From positions 416,001 to 480,000 of the forward strand of contig CAWBMV010000012.1 in NCBI GenBank assembly GCA_963789955.1: a DNA stretch of 64,000 nucleotides, given 5' to 3'. A program made the position numbers and the translations under genes. The notes under the pieces are model-generated. The model did not search any database. It worked only from the letters and a program-made list of their open reading frames with translations, and was not told the origin of the DNA. Source of the DNA: an uncultured Candidatus Rokubacteria bacterium. Its GTDB lineage: Bacteria > Methylomirabilota > Methylomirabilia > Rokubacteriales > CSP1-6. Shown here piece by piece: positions 29,558-39,061 of the stretch. Numbering within the stretch: position 1 is the stretch's first letter; every line of letters begins with the position of its first letter.

Positions 29558-29574
29558 TGGCACACGCCGTTGCT
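29558..29574 (+). promoter_or_regulatory. sigma54-like box, spacer one base too long
   Basis: TGGCACACGCCGTTGCT (GG-N11-GC), 21 nt upstream of ATG 29596. Confidence 0.4.
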
Positions 29575-29595
29575 TGATCGGTTGGGGATGCTCCG

Positions 29596-31520
29596 ATGAA
29601 GCTGACATTCAAGCGCCGCGAAGTTTCAGACCTGCAGCATCTCAGGGCCCTCGTGTCGGACAACTCCGACGCGATGGAGCCCGGTCTCAAGATCCTCGCG
29701 TCGAATCTGAATCTCGGTCGTACGACGGTCGATCTCGCCGCGATCGACGCCCAGGACCGCCCGGTTCTGTTCGTGCTCGGTCTCACCGCGGACGACGCCA
29801 TGCTCGTGCGAGCCCTCGAGGCGTACGCGTGGTGTCTCGAGTATCCCGAGTCGATTCAGCGCCTCGTGCCTGCGAGCGTGCGGCCCGGCTGGCCCCCGCG
29901 TATCGTGTTCGTCGCCGAGCGGCTCCTCGAGGCCTTCGTTCGCAAGATGCGGCTGCTGAGCTTCTCCGCGGTCGATTGTTTCGAGTTTCGCTACGTCGAG
30001 GCCAACGGCACCGCCGGGTTCTATCTCGATCGCGTCGACTGGGCGCCGGGCGTCGCCGAGACCGCCACGGCGCGGTCCGACCGAGCCGCGCTCCCCGCGG
30101 CCGACGAGCGGGTCGAGCTCCGCGAGGAATCGAGAATCGCGCCGCCGCGAAGAGCCGCGCGTCGCGCCGCGAGAAGAAATCCGGCGCGAGATCGCGCGTT
30201 GCCGCGGGAGGAATCGAGAGCGGTGCCCCGCGAAGAGAGGGCGGTGCCTCGCGAAGAGCGAACGGTGCCTCGCGAGGAGAGAGTGGTGCGCTGCGCGAGG
30301 AGCCGAAGGTCGTGCTCCTGCGCGAGGAGGTTCGCGACGACGACCACGGCGGATCCGACGAGGAGCCGCTCGAGGACGAAGTCGTCGAGCTGCGCGAGGA
30401 GCTCGAGGAGGAGCCGAAGGTCACACCGCGTGACGAGCCGAAGGTGATTCCGCTCGTCCCGGTCGACGAGCCGCGCATCGTCATGCTCCATGAGACCAAG
30501 GCGGCGCCGCGGAGCATCGAGCCGGCGCCGACGAACGGCGCCCGCAAAGCGGACGCGAACGAGCGGCCGGAGCAGCGCGAGCGGCCGGAGCGCTCGCCGG
30601 TCTTGCTGAAGGGACTGCGCCCGCCCTCCGACGCTCCGCCGCGACGGCGCTCGCGCGAGGTGCCCGATCTGCTGCGGCCCTCGGCCGAGCAGCGACCGTC
30701 GAGCCCGCGCGAAGCCCCCAGCCCCCGGCACCCGCCGCGCCCGCGGCCTCGCGTGCTCCGCACGTCGAGCCGAAGGTGACCCCGGCGCCCGGTTCCCGAG
30801 TTTCGCAGTCTGCTGGCGTCGAGCAACGAGCGAAGAACGATGCCGCGCGAGTGGATGCTTCGCGAAACGGGTCGAAAGAGCGACGGCGCGCGAACCGAGG
30901 CCCCCAAGGGCGATCTCGCGCCGACATGGCGGAAATTCCTGGATCGGCTGACGAGCACGTTCGACGCGCGGACGGGCGCGGTGCCGGAGCCTCCGCGGGC
31001 CGCCGCTCCGCCCTCGACGCCGGCCGCCCCGCCGTCATTGACGCTCCAGCCCTTCGCGGCCGACATCGAGGTCCAGGCCCACGAGGTCGCGCCCGACGAG
31101 GTGGTGGACGAGTCTTCAGAGTCTGTCGCCGAGGTGTCCGACAAGCAGCGCCGCGTCCTGCAGGGCGTGACCATGCCGGACAACGGAGAGCTCGCGCCAC
31201 AGTGGCGGAAGTTCCTCGATCACCCGACGCTCGACGAGACAAAGATCGGGGTGGTGCGCGGATATCTCCAGCGTGAGTTCCCGCTGTGCACCGTCTACGA
31301 CTTCTACGACTTCCAGCGCAACGCTCAGGTCTTCCAGCTCCAGGACAACCACGGGAAGGTCACGCAGCTGATCACGATGACCGCGGAGTTCTTCGATAGC
31401 CATCGTGATCTCGAGATCAGGGCGTGGATCGAGAAGCACCGGCTGGCCCAGGCGATGCGGCAAGCCGGCCAGGCCGGCGTGCTGGTCTCGCAGGCCGGTC
31501 TTCAGATCGAGAAGCGGTAG
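29596..31520 (+). CDS. Large hypothetical protein: degenerate PD-(D/E)xK/NucS-like N-domain, low-complexity linker, globular C-domain (several frameshifts)
   Basis: EPGL.IL...VDL.A.D...RPV; continues through frames 29574 and 30840; LAP.WRKFLD occurs twice. Confidence 0.6.
30220..30282 (+). repeat. 3 x 21-bp coding tandem repeat ([AT]VPREER)
   Basis: gcggtgccccgcgaagagagg / gcggtgcctcgcgaagagcga / acggtgcctcgcgaggagaga. Confidence 0.85.
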
Positions 31521-31536
31521 GCTGTTCCGGCCGCCG

Positions 31537-31971
31537 CTAGCTTTCCCACCTCCAGTAGAGCGCCTTCTCCGGAGCGATGCGGATCACCGTGGCGGCCTCG
31601 CGATCGAGCCCCATCACGCGGTACTGCGCGTATTTGGCCAGCAGGAGATCGACGGCGCCCGCCCGCTCGGGCCCTTCGGTGAGAATGTCGGCTCGTCCCT
31701 GGACGATCACCCAGCAGAGGTGTGACCACTCCTCGTCGTAGCGGTCGACGGTGAGGGACACGCGCGGGTTCTCGGCGATGTTGCGGATGCGCCGAAGCTG
31801 GCGCGCCTCCAGACGCTTGGGCTTCGCGTCGATCGCGGAGAAACACGCCTGCCCGTCGAACGCGTAGCACACCGGGACGACCAGTGGCTGCCCCGCCCGG
31901 TCCGCCGTGCCGAGCCGCGCGACGCGGCTCTGATAGAGCAGCTCGGCGGCGAAGGCGGGGAGGTCGTTCAC
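31537..31971 (-). CDS. PPOX-class, probably F420-dependent oxidoreductase (TIGR03668-like)
   Basis: VARLGT, P.VVPVCYA, ID.KPK, LRR.RNI..NP.V.L.VD.Y.E.W. Confidence 0.88.
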   Translation of the reverse strand: MNDLPAFAAELLYQSRVARLGTADRAGQPLVVPVCYAFDGQACFSAIDAKPKRLEARQLRRIRNIAENPRVSLTVDRYDEEWSHLCWVIVQGRADILTEGPERAGAVDLLLAKYAQYRVMGLDREAATVIRIAPEKALYWRWES

Positions 31972-32804
31972 CGAATCAGCTTGGCGTACTGGTCCAGGAG
32001 CGGGAGCACCGCGTCCCGGCCCTCCGACGGCAGTCGCAGGATCGCCCGCGTGATCCCGGCCCCGGCGTACGAGTCGAGCGTGGCGCGCTCGGCCTTCGCG
32101 CCGAAGACCGAGACCGAGATCTTCGCCGCGTCGCGACCGGCGCGCGCCGCGCGCGCTTTCAGATCGGCGAGCCCCGGCAGAATCGCGTCGGCGTTGCGTC
32201 CGCGCGGGAACCACCCGTCGCAGAAATCCACCACGCGCTGCAAGGTGTGGCCGCTCTCGCCGCCCAGCAGGATCGGCGGGTGGGGCTTCTGCGCCGGCTT
32301 CGGGTACGACCAGATCGGATCGAAGTGGACGAACTCCCCGTGGTACTTCGCCTCGTCCTTCGTCCAGATCTCCTTCATCGCGAGGATCCGCTCGCGGAGG
32401 AGACGGAACCGCGTCTTGAACTCGGTGCCGTGGTTCTCCATTTCTTCGGCGTTCCAGCCGGCTCCGATGCCGAACAAGAAGCGCCCATTCGAGAGCAGAT
32501 CGAGGCTGGCGATCGTCTTGGCGAGCGTGATCGGGTCGTGCTCGATGACGAGACAGATGCCGGTCCCGATCTTCAGATTCTTCGTCGCGGCCGCCGCGGC
32601 CATGAGCCCGATGAACGGGTCGAGCGTGTGCGAATACTCCTTGGGCAATGGGCCGCCGCCCGCGAACGGCGAGCGCCGGCTCGTCGGAATGTGCGTGTGC
32701 TCGGTCACGAACAGGGACTCGAACCCGCGCTCCTCGGCCGCGCGCGCCAGCTCGTCGATCCGGATCGAGTAGTCAGTCGGGAAGATGAACACGCCGTGGT
32801 GCAT
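31968..32804 (-). CDS. LLM-class F420-dependent oxidoreductase (Rv2161c/TIGR03619-like)
   Basis: FPTDY, EHTHIP, DPF, G.GWN.EE, PKPAQ.PHPP. Confidence 0.9.
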   Translation of the reverse strand: MHHGVFIFPTDYSIRIDELARAAEERGFESLFVTEHTHIPTSRRSPFAGGGPLPKEYSHTLDPFIGLMAAAAATKNLKIGTGICLVIEHDPITLAKTIASLDLLSNGRFLFGIGAGWNAEEMENHGTEFKTRFRLLRERILAMKEIWTKDEAKYHGEFVHFDPIWSYPKPAQKPHPPILLGGESGHTLQRVVDFCDGWFPRGRNADAILPGLADLKARAARAGRDAAKISVSVFGAKAERATLDSYAGAGITRAILRLPSEGRDAVLPLLDQYAKLIR

Positions 32805-32838
32805 GATTTCTCCTAGGGGTGCCGCGCGAGCTCGGGGC

Positions 32839-33783
32839 TCACGCGAAGATGGTTTCGGGCAGACACGCCGACACGATCCAGTTCGGCGCGTCGACGATCT
32901 CGCTGATCTTGAGGTCGACCGCGACGCTGCAGAGGATATAGGCCTCCTCGCGGCCGAGCCCGCGCTCCTCGACCAGGTGGTCGATCATGTAGCGGATCGC
33001 CTGCTGCGCGTTGGCGAAGAGATCAGGGCCGTTCGCCGTCGTCACGTAGCAGGGTCCGCGCTCGAGCCCGGAGAGGATCGGCCCGCGTGTCCGGAATCGA
33101 GGCTCGCGGAAGCCCCGCCCGGACTCGAGGCCGAATCGCAAGGTGACCTGCGCCATCATCTCGATCGCGGTGACACAGACCTCGCCGTCGCCCTGCGCCG
33201 CGTGGGCATCGCCGACACTGAACAGCGCGCCGTCCACCCACACGGGCAGGAGCAGGGTCGTGCCCGCCACCAGCTGCTTGATGTCCATGTTGCCGCCGTT
33301 CTTCCGGGGCGGCATCGTGCTGTGCCCGCCGGGCTCGTCGAGGGCGACGCCCATCACGCCCGGGAATGGCGCGATCGGAACGCGGACTCGGATATCGCGG
33401 CCCATGCGCGCATGGCTGCCCTCGGTCAGATCCCAGATGTTCAGGAAGGGCTTCGGGAACTCGGCTTCCGGCATCAGGCCTCGTCCGGGGCGAATCGCGG
33501 TCCAGCCGAACGCAGCCGCGGGCTTCACGTCGAGGATCTCGACCGTGAGCACGTCACCCGGACGGGCGCCCCGGACGGCGACGGGTCCGGTGAGGGGATG
33601 ACCTCGAAACGGCCCCCGCGCGAGGACATCGGAGTGCGTCGACTTCGGCGAGTAGTAGCCGTCGGCGGCATCGCGGGTGTCGAACACCACGGTGTCGCCC
33701 GGATCGATCGTGAGCCGCGGGGCCAGCGAGTTGTTCCATTCACGGTGAACGGTATCCCGATCGAGATGATGCGTGGTCGCCAT
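32839..33783 (-). CDS. Acetamidase/formamidase family protein
   Basis: HPLTGPV.V.GA.PGD, PFPG.MG, GGNMD, GD.HA.QGDGEV, AY.LCS. Confidence 0.92.
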   Translation of the reverse strand: MATTHHLDRDTVHREWNNSLAPRLTIDPGDTVVFDTRDAADGYYSPKSTHSDVLARGPFRGHPLTGPVAVRGARPGDVLTVEILDVKPAAAFGWTAIRPGRGLMPEAEFPKPFLNIWDLTEGSHARMGRDIRVRVPIAPFPGVMGVALDEPGGHSTMPPRKNGGNMDIKQLVAGTTLLLPVWVDGALFSVGDAHAAQGDGEVCVTAIEMMAQVTLRFGLESGRGFREPRFRTRGPILSGLERGPCYVTTANGPDLFANAQQAIRYMIDHLVEERGLGREEAYILCSVAVDLKISEIVDAPNWIVSACLPETIFA

Positions 33784-33801
33784 CGGCTCACCCTCCTCCT
33801 G

Positions 33802-34644
33802 TCATCGCGCCATCTCGTTCCACACGACCATGCCGGTCCCCGACCGCCACGCGACCGCGGGCATGTAGGCGAGGACGTCCGCCGGCCCGCGGGTGAAGGC
33901 CATCACCAGGACCCAGGCGAGTAGCTCGGCGGTGCCGCCCGAGCCGGCTTCTTCCATGCGCTCGAGCGTGCACTCGCGGAGCAACGTCGCGTGGTCGCCG
34001 CGCTTGAGCAAGTCGAGGAACCACCGATCGAACTCTTCGTCGACCCAGAAATAGCGCGGTCCGCCCGGCTCGTGCGAGAGCCCGCCGGTCGCGACGACCG
34101 CGACGCGCTCGTGGCCGGGATAGTCCTTGAGCATGTCGCGCATGATCGTGCCGACTTGATAGGCGCGCTCGGGCGTGGGGATCGGCGGCACCGTGCAGTT
34201 CATCGTGACCGGGACCAGCCGGAACTGCGCGTCCGGGTTCAGATAGTGGGTCGGCACGGAGATGCCGTCGTCGTATTGCATCTCACGCAGGTAGGAGAGC
34301 GCCAGCCTGCGGCGCGCGCCTTCGTTGACGAGCCAGCGTGCGATTCCGGGGTGGCCGGGCACGCGGTACTTTTCCATCGCGAGCCACTCGTCGAACCATT
34401 CGGCGGGGCCGACGTGCTCCTCGGCGATCCCCACCGTGTACTCGGGCACGTTGTTGATGGGCCAGTTGAGCAAGTGGTCGTTGCTGAACATCACGACGAC
34501 GTCGGGTCGAGCGGCCACCAGCCGGCGCCGCATCTCGGCCGTCGCCTGGAGCGCGAGCTGCTGATACTCCTGAGAGGCGCGCGAGAACCACCCGGTGAGC
34601 CCGGGCGAGTGCGTCATGGCCATCGCGGCGACGATCTCCGCCAT
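33802..34644 (-). CDS. Extradiol ring-cleavage dioxygenase, LigB-type catalytic subunit
   Basis: THSP, NDH, TGGLSH, EEFD..FL, G..E; own SD GAGGT before ATG 34644. Confidence 0.88.
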   Translation of the reverse strand: MAEIVAAMAMTHSPGLTGWFSRASQEYQQLALQATAEMRRRLVAARPDVVVMFSNDHLLNWPINNVPEYTVGIAEEHVGPAEWFDEWLAMEKYRVPGHPGIARWLVNEGARRRLALSYLREMQYDDGISVPTHYLNPDAQFRLVPVTMNCTVPPIPTPERAYQVGTIMRDMLKDYPGHERVAVVATGGLSHEPGGPRYFWVDEEFDRWFLDLLKRGDHATLLRECTLERMEEAGSGGTAELLAWVLVMAFTRGPADVLAYMPAVAWRSGTGMVVWNEMAR

Positions 34645-34989
34645 TACTCGACCTCGCTCGAGCCGGGCCTGGAGTGCCATCGCCTTCGCCGTCTCCTCCG
34701 GGAATGCGCGCTGGTAGCACTCGAGCGCGGCGCTCGCGTTGCTGTTGTGCGCGGCGCCGAAGAACAGGCGGAGAATCTGCGGGACGTAGTACTGATGGAC
34801 GCCGAGGTCCATCATGCGCTTGGGATCCTTGTCGCGGACGGCCTCGTATTCGGCGCGACTCAGGCCGAACTCACGGGCGATGCCCTCGAGGTCGGTGAGA
34901 AAGCGTGCTCGCAGCGCGGCATCACGCCGGACGTGATAGATCATCTCGTTCGTCGGCAGGGTCTTGTCGCAGCGCTCGACGTTCCCCAT
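34645..34989 (-). CDS. LigA-like small subunit (reads in frame with LigB in this assembly)
   Basis: R.RF..D......FGL...E..A....D.......GV pattern typical of LigA. Confidence 0.72.
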
Positions 34990-35364
34990 TCAGCTCCCTC
35001 CGGCCCTGAGCACCTTGGGGTTGATCTTGAGAAACATGATCACGCAGCGCTCGCGGCCGAGATTGCGGACGTCGTGCGGCACGTTGGCGGGAAACTTCAC
35101 GATCGCGCCGGCCGGCACGACCACCTCGTCCCCGTTGATGCTCATGTTCGCGGTGCCCTCGAGGACGTAGATGGCCTCTTCCTCGCGCGGATGACTGTGC
35201 ATGACCGTCGACTGGCCCGGCTCGTAGCAGGCGATCTCCGACCAGAGCTGGTCGGTCTTGAAGAGCATCTTGCGGACGCGCTTGTCGGAGGCGAACGCCT
35301 TCAGCGCGTTGAGATCGAAGACCTGGGCGACGCCGGTCGTCGTGGCAACCGCGGTTTCGTCCAT
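34990..35364 (-). CDS. Cupin domain protein
   Basis: PGQ...HSH..EE..YVLEG and PANVPH; SD GAGGAGAGG. Confidence 0.88.
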   Translation of the reverse strand: MDETAVATTTGVAQVFDLNALKAFASDKRVRKMLFKTDQLWSEIACYEPGQSTVMHSHPREEEAIYVLEGTANMSINGDEVVVPAGAIVKFPANVPHDVRNLGRERCVIMFLKINPKVLRAGGS

Positions 35365-35485
35365 CGGCAACCTCTCCTCGAAGAGACTGGTGGACGACAG
35401 TTTACCTCGGATCGGGCGACCGTACCCTTGACTTGGCGCGAGTTTGGATCGACAGTGCCTCGTCGATTCGACCGACACGAAAGAC

Positions 35486-36712
35486 ATGGAGATCAGGCCC
35501 CTTCGAGGCTATCGCTACGCCGGCAGCGAGGCGCGTGACATCTCGGCGGTCGTGGCTCCCCCGTACGACCAGATCAGTCCCGAGATGCAGGACCGTCTGT
35601 ACGCGATGAGCCCGCACAACATCGTCCGCGTGACCTATCCGAAGGATGCGGCCGACAAGTATCGTGACGCCCGCGAGGTGCTCGAGACCTGGTTGGCCGG
35701 CGGCGTGTGGGCTCGTGATGAGCGGCCCGCGATCTATCCGTATCACCAGACGTATACCGTGGGCGGCCGTTCGGTGACGCGCATGGGCTTCGTCGCGCTC
35801 GGCGAGGTCAGCCACTACGCGCGCGGCGCGGTGGTGCCCCACGAGCGGACGCACGCCGGGCCAAAGCGAGACCGGATGCAGCTGCTCGAGGCCACCGCCG
35901 CCGACGTCGGCCTGCTGTTCATGCTGACCGCCGATCCGGGCGGCGAGCTTCGGCGCGCCACGACACCCATCGGCGACCCGATCGCCGAGGCGCGCGATCT
36001 CAAAGGGGAGCTTCATCGGCTGTGGCGCATGACCGAGGAGGCGGCGGTGAGTCGCGTTCGAGATCTGATGGCGACGCGCCCGGTGATCATCGCCGACGGC
36101 CACCATCGATACGAGACGGCGGTCGCCTACGCCGAGCGCCACCCGGACGCGCGCCACAAGCTCATGGCGTTCTTCACCCTGGAAGCCCCAGGACTGACGA
36201 TCCTGCCGAATCATCGTCTCGTGCACGACATCAAGGGCTTCGACTTCGAGGATTTCGTCCAGATGGCTTCCCGCTGGTTCGACGTGTCGCCGCTGGCCGA
36301 TCCGTCGACCGTCGAGCTCGAGAACCGATCGATCGCCGTCGTGAGCGGACCGGACGCGGCACTGCTGCGACTCAAGCCCGGTGCGCGTGATCACATCGCG
36401 TGGCCCGAGAAGAGGTCCGCGGCCTGGCGTGGTCTCGCCGTGTCGATCCTCCACGAAGGGCTGCTGCGCCCGTTGCTCGGCATCACCGACGCGAAGCTCG
36501 ACGCGAAGACCCACGTGGACTACACCGCCGACCGGACCGAGGCGATCAAGCTGGCGCGTGAGGGCAAATGTCAGGCGGCATTCCTGATCGCCCCCACGAC
36601 GGCCGAGGAGCTCCAGGCGGTCGTCCGGGGCGGCGAGCTCCTTCCGCAGAAGTCCACGCACTTCTATCCGAAGCTCCTGGACGGGCTCGTGTTCTATCGA
36701 CTGGGCGAATGA
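35486..36712 (+). CDS. DUF1015 family protein
   Basis: PPYD.IS, PHE.T, IADGHHRYETA, PQKST.FYPK. Confidence 0.9.
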   Translation: MEIRPLRGYRYAGSEARDISAVVAPPYDQISPEMQDRLYAMSPHNIVRVTYPKDAADKYRDAREVLETWLAGGVWARDERPAIYPYHQTYTVGGRSVTRMGFVALGEVSHYARGAVVPHERTHAGPKRDRMQLLEATAADVGLLFMLTADPGGELRRATTPIGDPIAEARDLKGELHRLWRMTEEAAVSRVRDLMATRPVIIADGHHRYETAVAYAERHPDARHKLMAFFTLEAPGLTILPNHRLVHDIKGFDFEDFVQMASRWFDVSPLADPSTVELENRSIAVVSGPDAALLRLKPGARDHIAWPEKRSAAWRGLAVSILHEGLLRPLLGITDAKLDAKTHVDYTADRTEAIKLAREGKCQAAFLIAPTTAEELQAVVRGGELLPQKSTHFYPKLLDGLVFYRLGE

Positions 36713-39061
36713 GCGCCGCCGACTCGCCGCCGCTGCGCTATACGGGCATGCGCATCAAGCGGCTCGAAGACCCACGGCTCCTGACCGGCCGCGGACGATA
36801 CCTCGACGACCTGGCGCTCCCGCGCATGCTCTTCGCGAGCTTCGTGCGGAGCCCGCACGCGCACGCGCGCATCGTCCGGATCGACGCCGCGGCCGCACGC
36901 CTCCTGCCCGGAGTCGTGGCCGTCATCACCGCCGACGATCTGCGAGCCGTGACGAAGCCGCTCGCGCCACGGCTCGATGGCCCGGGGTTCACGCCGACGG
37001 CGTGGCCCGCGCTGGCGGACGGCGTCGCCCGTTTTTGCGGCGAAGCGGTGGCCGTCGTGGTGGCCGCGAACCCGTACGTCGCGGCCGACGCGCGCGATCT
37101 GGTCACCGTCGAGTGGGAGCCGAGACCCGCCGTCGCCACGATCGACCAGGCGCTCGCGTCCAACCAGATCCTCTTCCAGCGTCGGCACCGGCAAGGCGAC
37201 GTCGACGGCGCCTTCGCGCGCGCGTCGATCGTCGTCCGCGAGACGTTCGAGCACGGCCGCTGTGCGCCCTCGCCGCTCGAGGTCCGGGGCATTCTCGCCG
37301 ACTGGGACGGCGAGGCGCTGACCATCTGGTCGGGCAACCAGTCTCCGTCGTTGATGCGCACGGCGCTCGCCGATGCGCTCAGCTTGCCGCAGGCTCGCGT
37401 GAGGATCGTGTGCCCGGACGTCGGCGGCGGCTTCGGGCTCAAGATGCAGGTCTTTCCGGAGGACGTCGCGGTCGCCGCGCTGACGCGCCGCCTCGGCCGC
37501 CCGGTGAAGTGGCTCGAGGAGCGCCGCGAGAATCTCACCGCGGCGTCTCAGGCGCGCGGTCAGCGCACCACGGTCGAGGTTGCCGCCGCGGCGGACGGCA
37601 CGGTGCTCGCACTGCGGTCGCGGGTCATGTCGGACAATGGCGCCTACCATGCGTACCCGACCACGGGAGTCCTCGAGCCACTCGGGACCGCGAGCATCAT
37701 GCCCGGACCCTATCGAATCTCGGCGTATGAGTTCGAGGCGCTGGCGCTCGCGACTCATAAGCCTCCGCTCGGCGCCTATCGGGGCGTCGGAATGACGATG
37801 GGAGCGTTCGTGGCCGAGCGGATGCTCGATCTCGTCGCCGAACGGCTGAGCCTGGATCCAGCCGAGATCCGGCGGCGCAACCTCATCCCGCGCGAGGCGT
37901 ATCCGTTTACGTCGGTCACCGGCTACACGTACGACAGCGGTGATTTTCCCAAGGCGCTCGAAGAGGCGCTGGGTGCGGTCGACTACGACAAGCTCCGCCA
38001 CGAGCAGAAGGCCGCGCGCGCCGCCGGACGACTCGTCGGGATCGGGATCGCGTGCTACACCGAGTACACGGGGATGGGATCCGCAGGCTTCCGTCGTCGC
38101 GGCGCGGTCGAGCTGCCCGGCATCGAGGCCGCGACCGTCACCGTGGACGCCGACGCGACGGTCCGGTGCGCGTTGAGCTTCCCGACACAGGGCCAGGGCC
38201 ACGCGACGACCATTGCGCAGATCGTCGCCGATCGCCTGGGGCTCACGCTCGAAGACATCCGGCTGCAGCGCGTCGACACGGCCGAGTCGCCGCCGGGTAG
38301 CGGGACCTTCGCGAGCCGGGGAACGGTCGCGATGCTCGGGAGCGCGGCGGTCGCCGCCGATCGTGTGAGCGAAAAGATGAAGACCCTCGCGGCGCATCGT
38401 CTGGAGGCGGCGGCCGCCGACGTCGAGCTGGCCGGCGGCCGCGCCTTCGTGCGTGGCTTCCCCGATCGCTCGATCGCCCTGGCCGAGATCACTCGGCTCG
38501 CGTACTCACCGCCGCTCGGCGGGCTCCCCGATGGTCTGGCACCCGGTCTCGAGGCCACCGTGTACTGCGACCTTCCCGGGCCCGACCTTCTCGGGCGCGG
38601 TCCATGTGGCGGTTGTCGACGTCGATCCGGCGACAGGGCGTGTCGCGGTGCTCCGCTATGCGCTCGTGGAAGACTGTGGACGCGTGATCAACCCGATCAT
38701 CGTCGAAGGACAAATCCACGGAGCGGTCGCCCAGGGTATCGGCGAGGCGCTGCTCGAGTCCGTCGTGCACGACGACGACGGCCAGTTGCTCACCGCGACG
38801 CTCATGGATTACGCGCTTCCCAGGGCGGACGACGTGCCCTTGTTCGAGATCGCTCACCTCGAGACGCCCTCGCCGGTGACACCCGGCGGCGTCAAGGGGA
38901 TGGGCGAGGGCGGAACGATCGGCGCCCCCGCCGCGATCGCGAACGCGGTCGCCGACGCCGTGCGCCATCTCGGCGTGCAGATCACCAGGCTCCCGATTCG
39001 TCCGGAGTCACTCCTCGGCGGCTCCAGCACTCGCGGAGCGGCCGACATGAGGATCCCGTAA
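36709..39061 (+). CDS. Xanthine dehydrogenase/CoxL-family molybdopterin-binding subunit (frameshift near 38580)
   Basis: R.ED.RLLTG.G.Y.DD, VGGGFG.K, AYRGVG, QGQGH.T, GTFASR, GQIHG..AQG, KGMGEGG. Confidence 0.9.

Noticed and set aside
29173..29595. Horizontally acquired island or coding ORF 29179-29487
   Set aside because: The low-GC stretch is short, intergenic and explained by promoter and enhancer motifs; no mobility genes are adjacent.
30220..30450. CRISPR array
   Set aside because: The repeats are in-frame coding units with no unique spacers, and there are no cas genes.
33802..34989. Natural LigA-LigB fusion
   Set aside because: The junction reads GAGGTCGAGTAATG on the minus strand: an SD plus a TAATG stop/start overlap in a shifted frame. 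This suggests two genes joined by an indel; reads are needed to settle it.
36709..39061. Aerobic CO dehydrogenase
   Set aside because: The loop AYRGVGM lacks the form I Cys motif, and no coxS, coxM or accessory genes are present.
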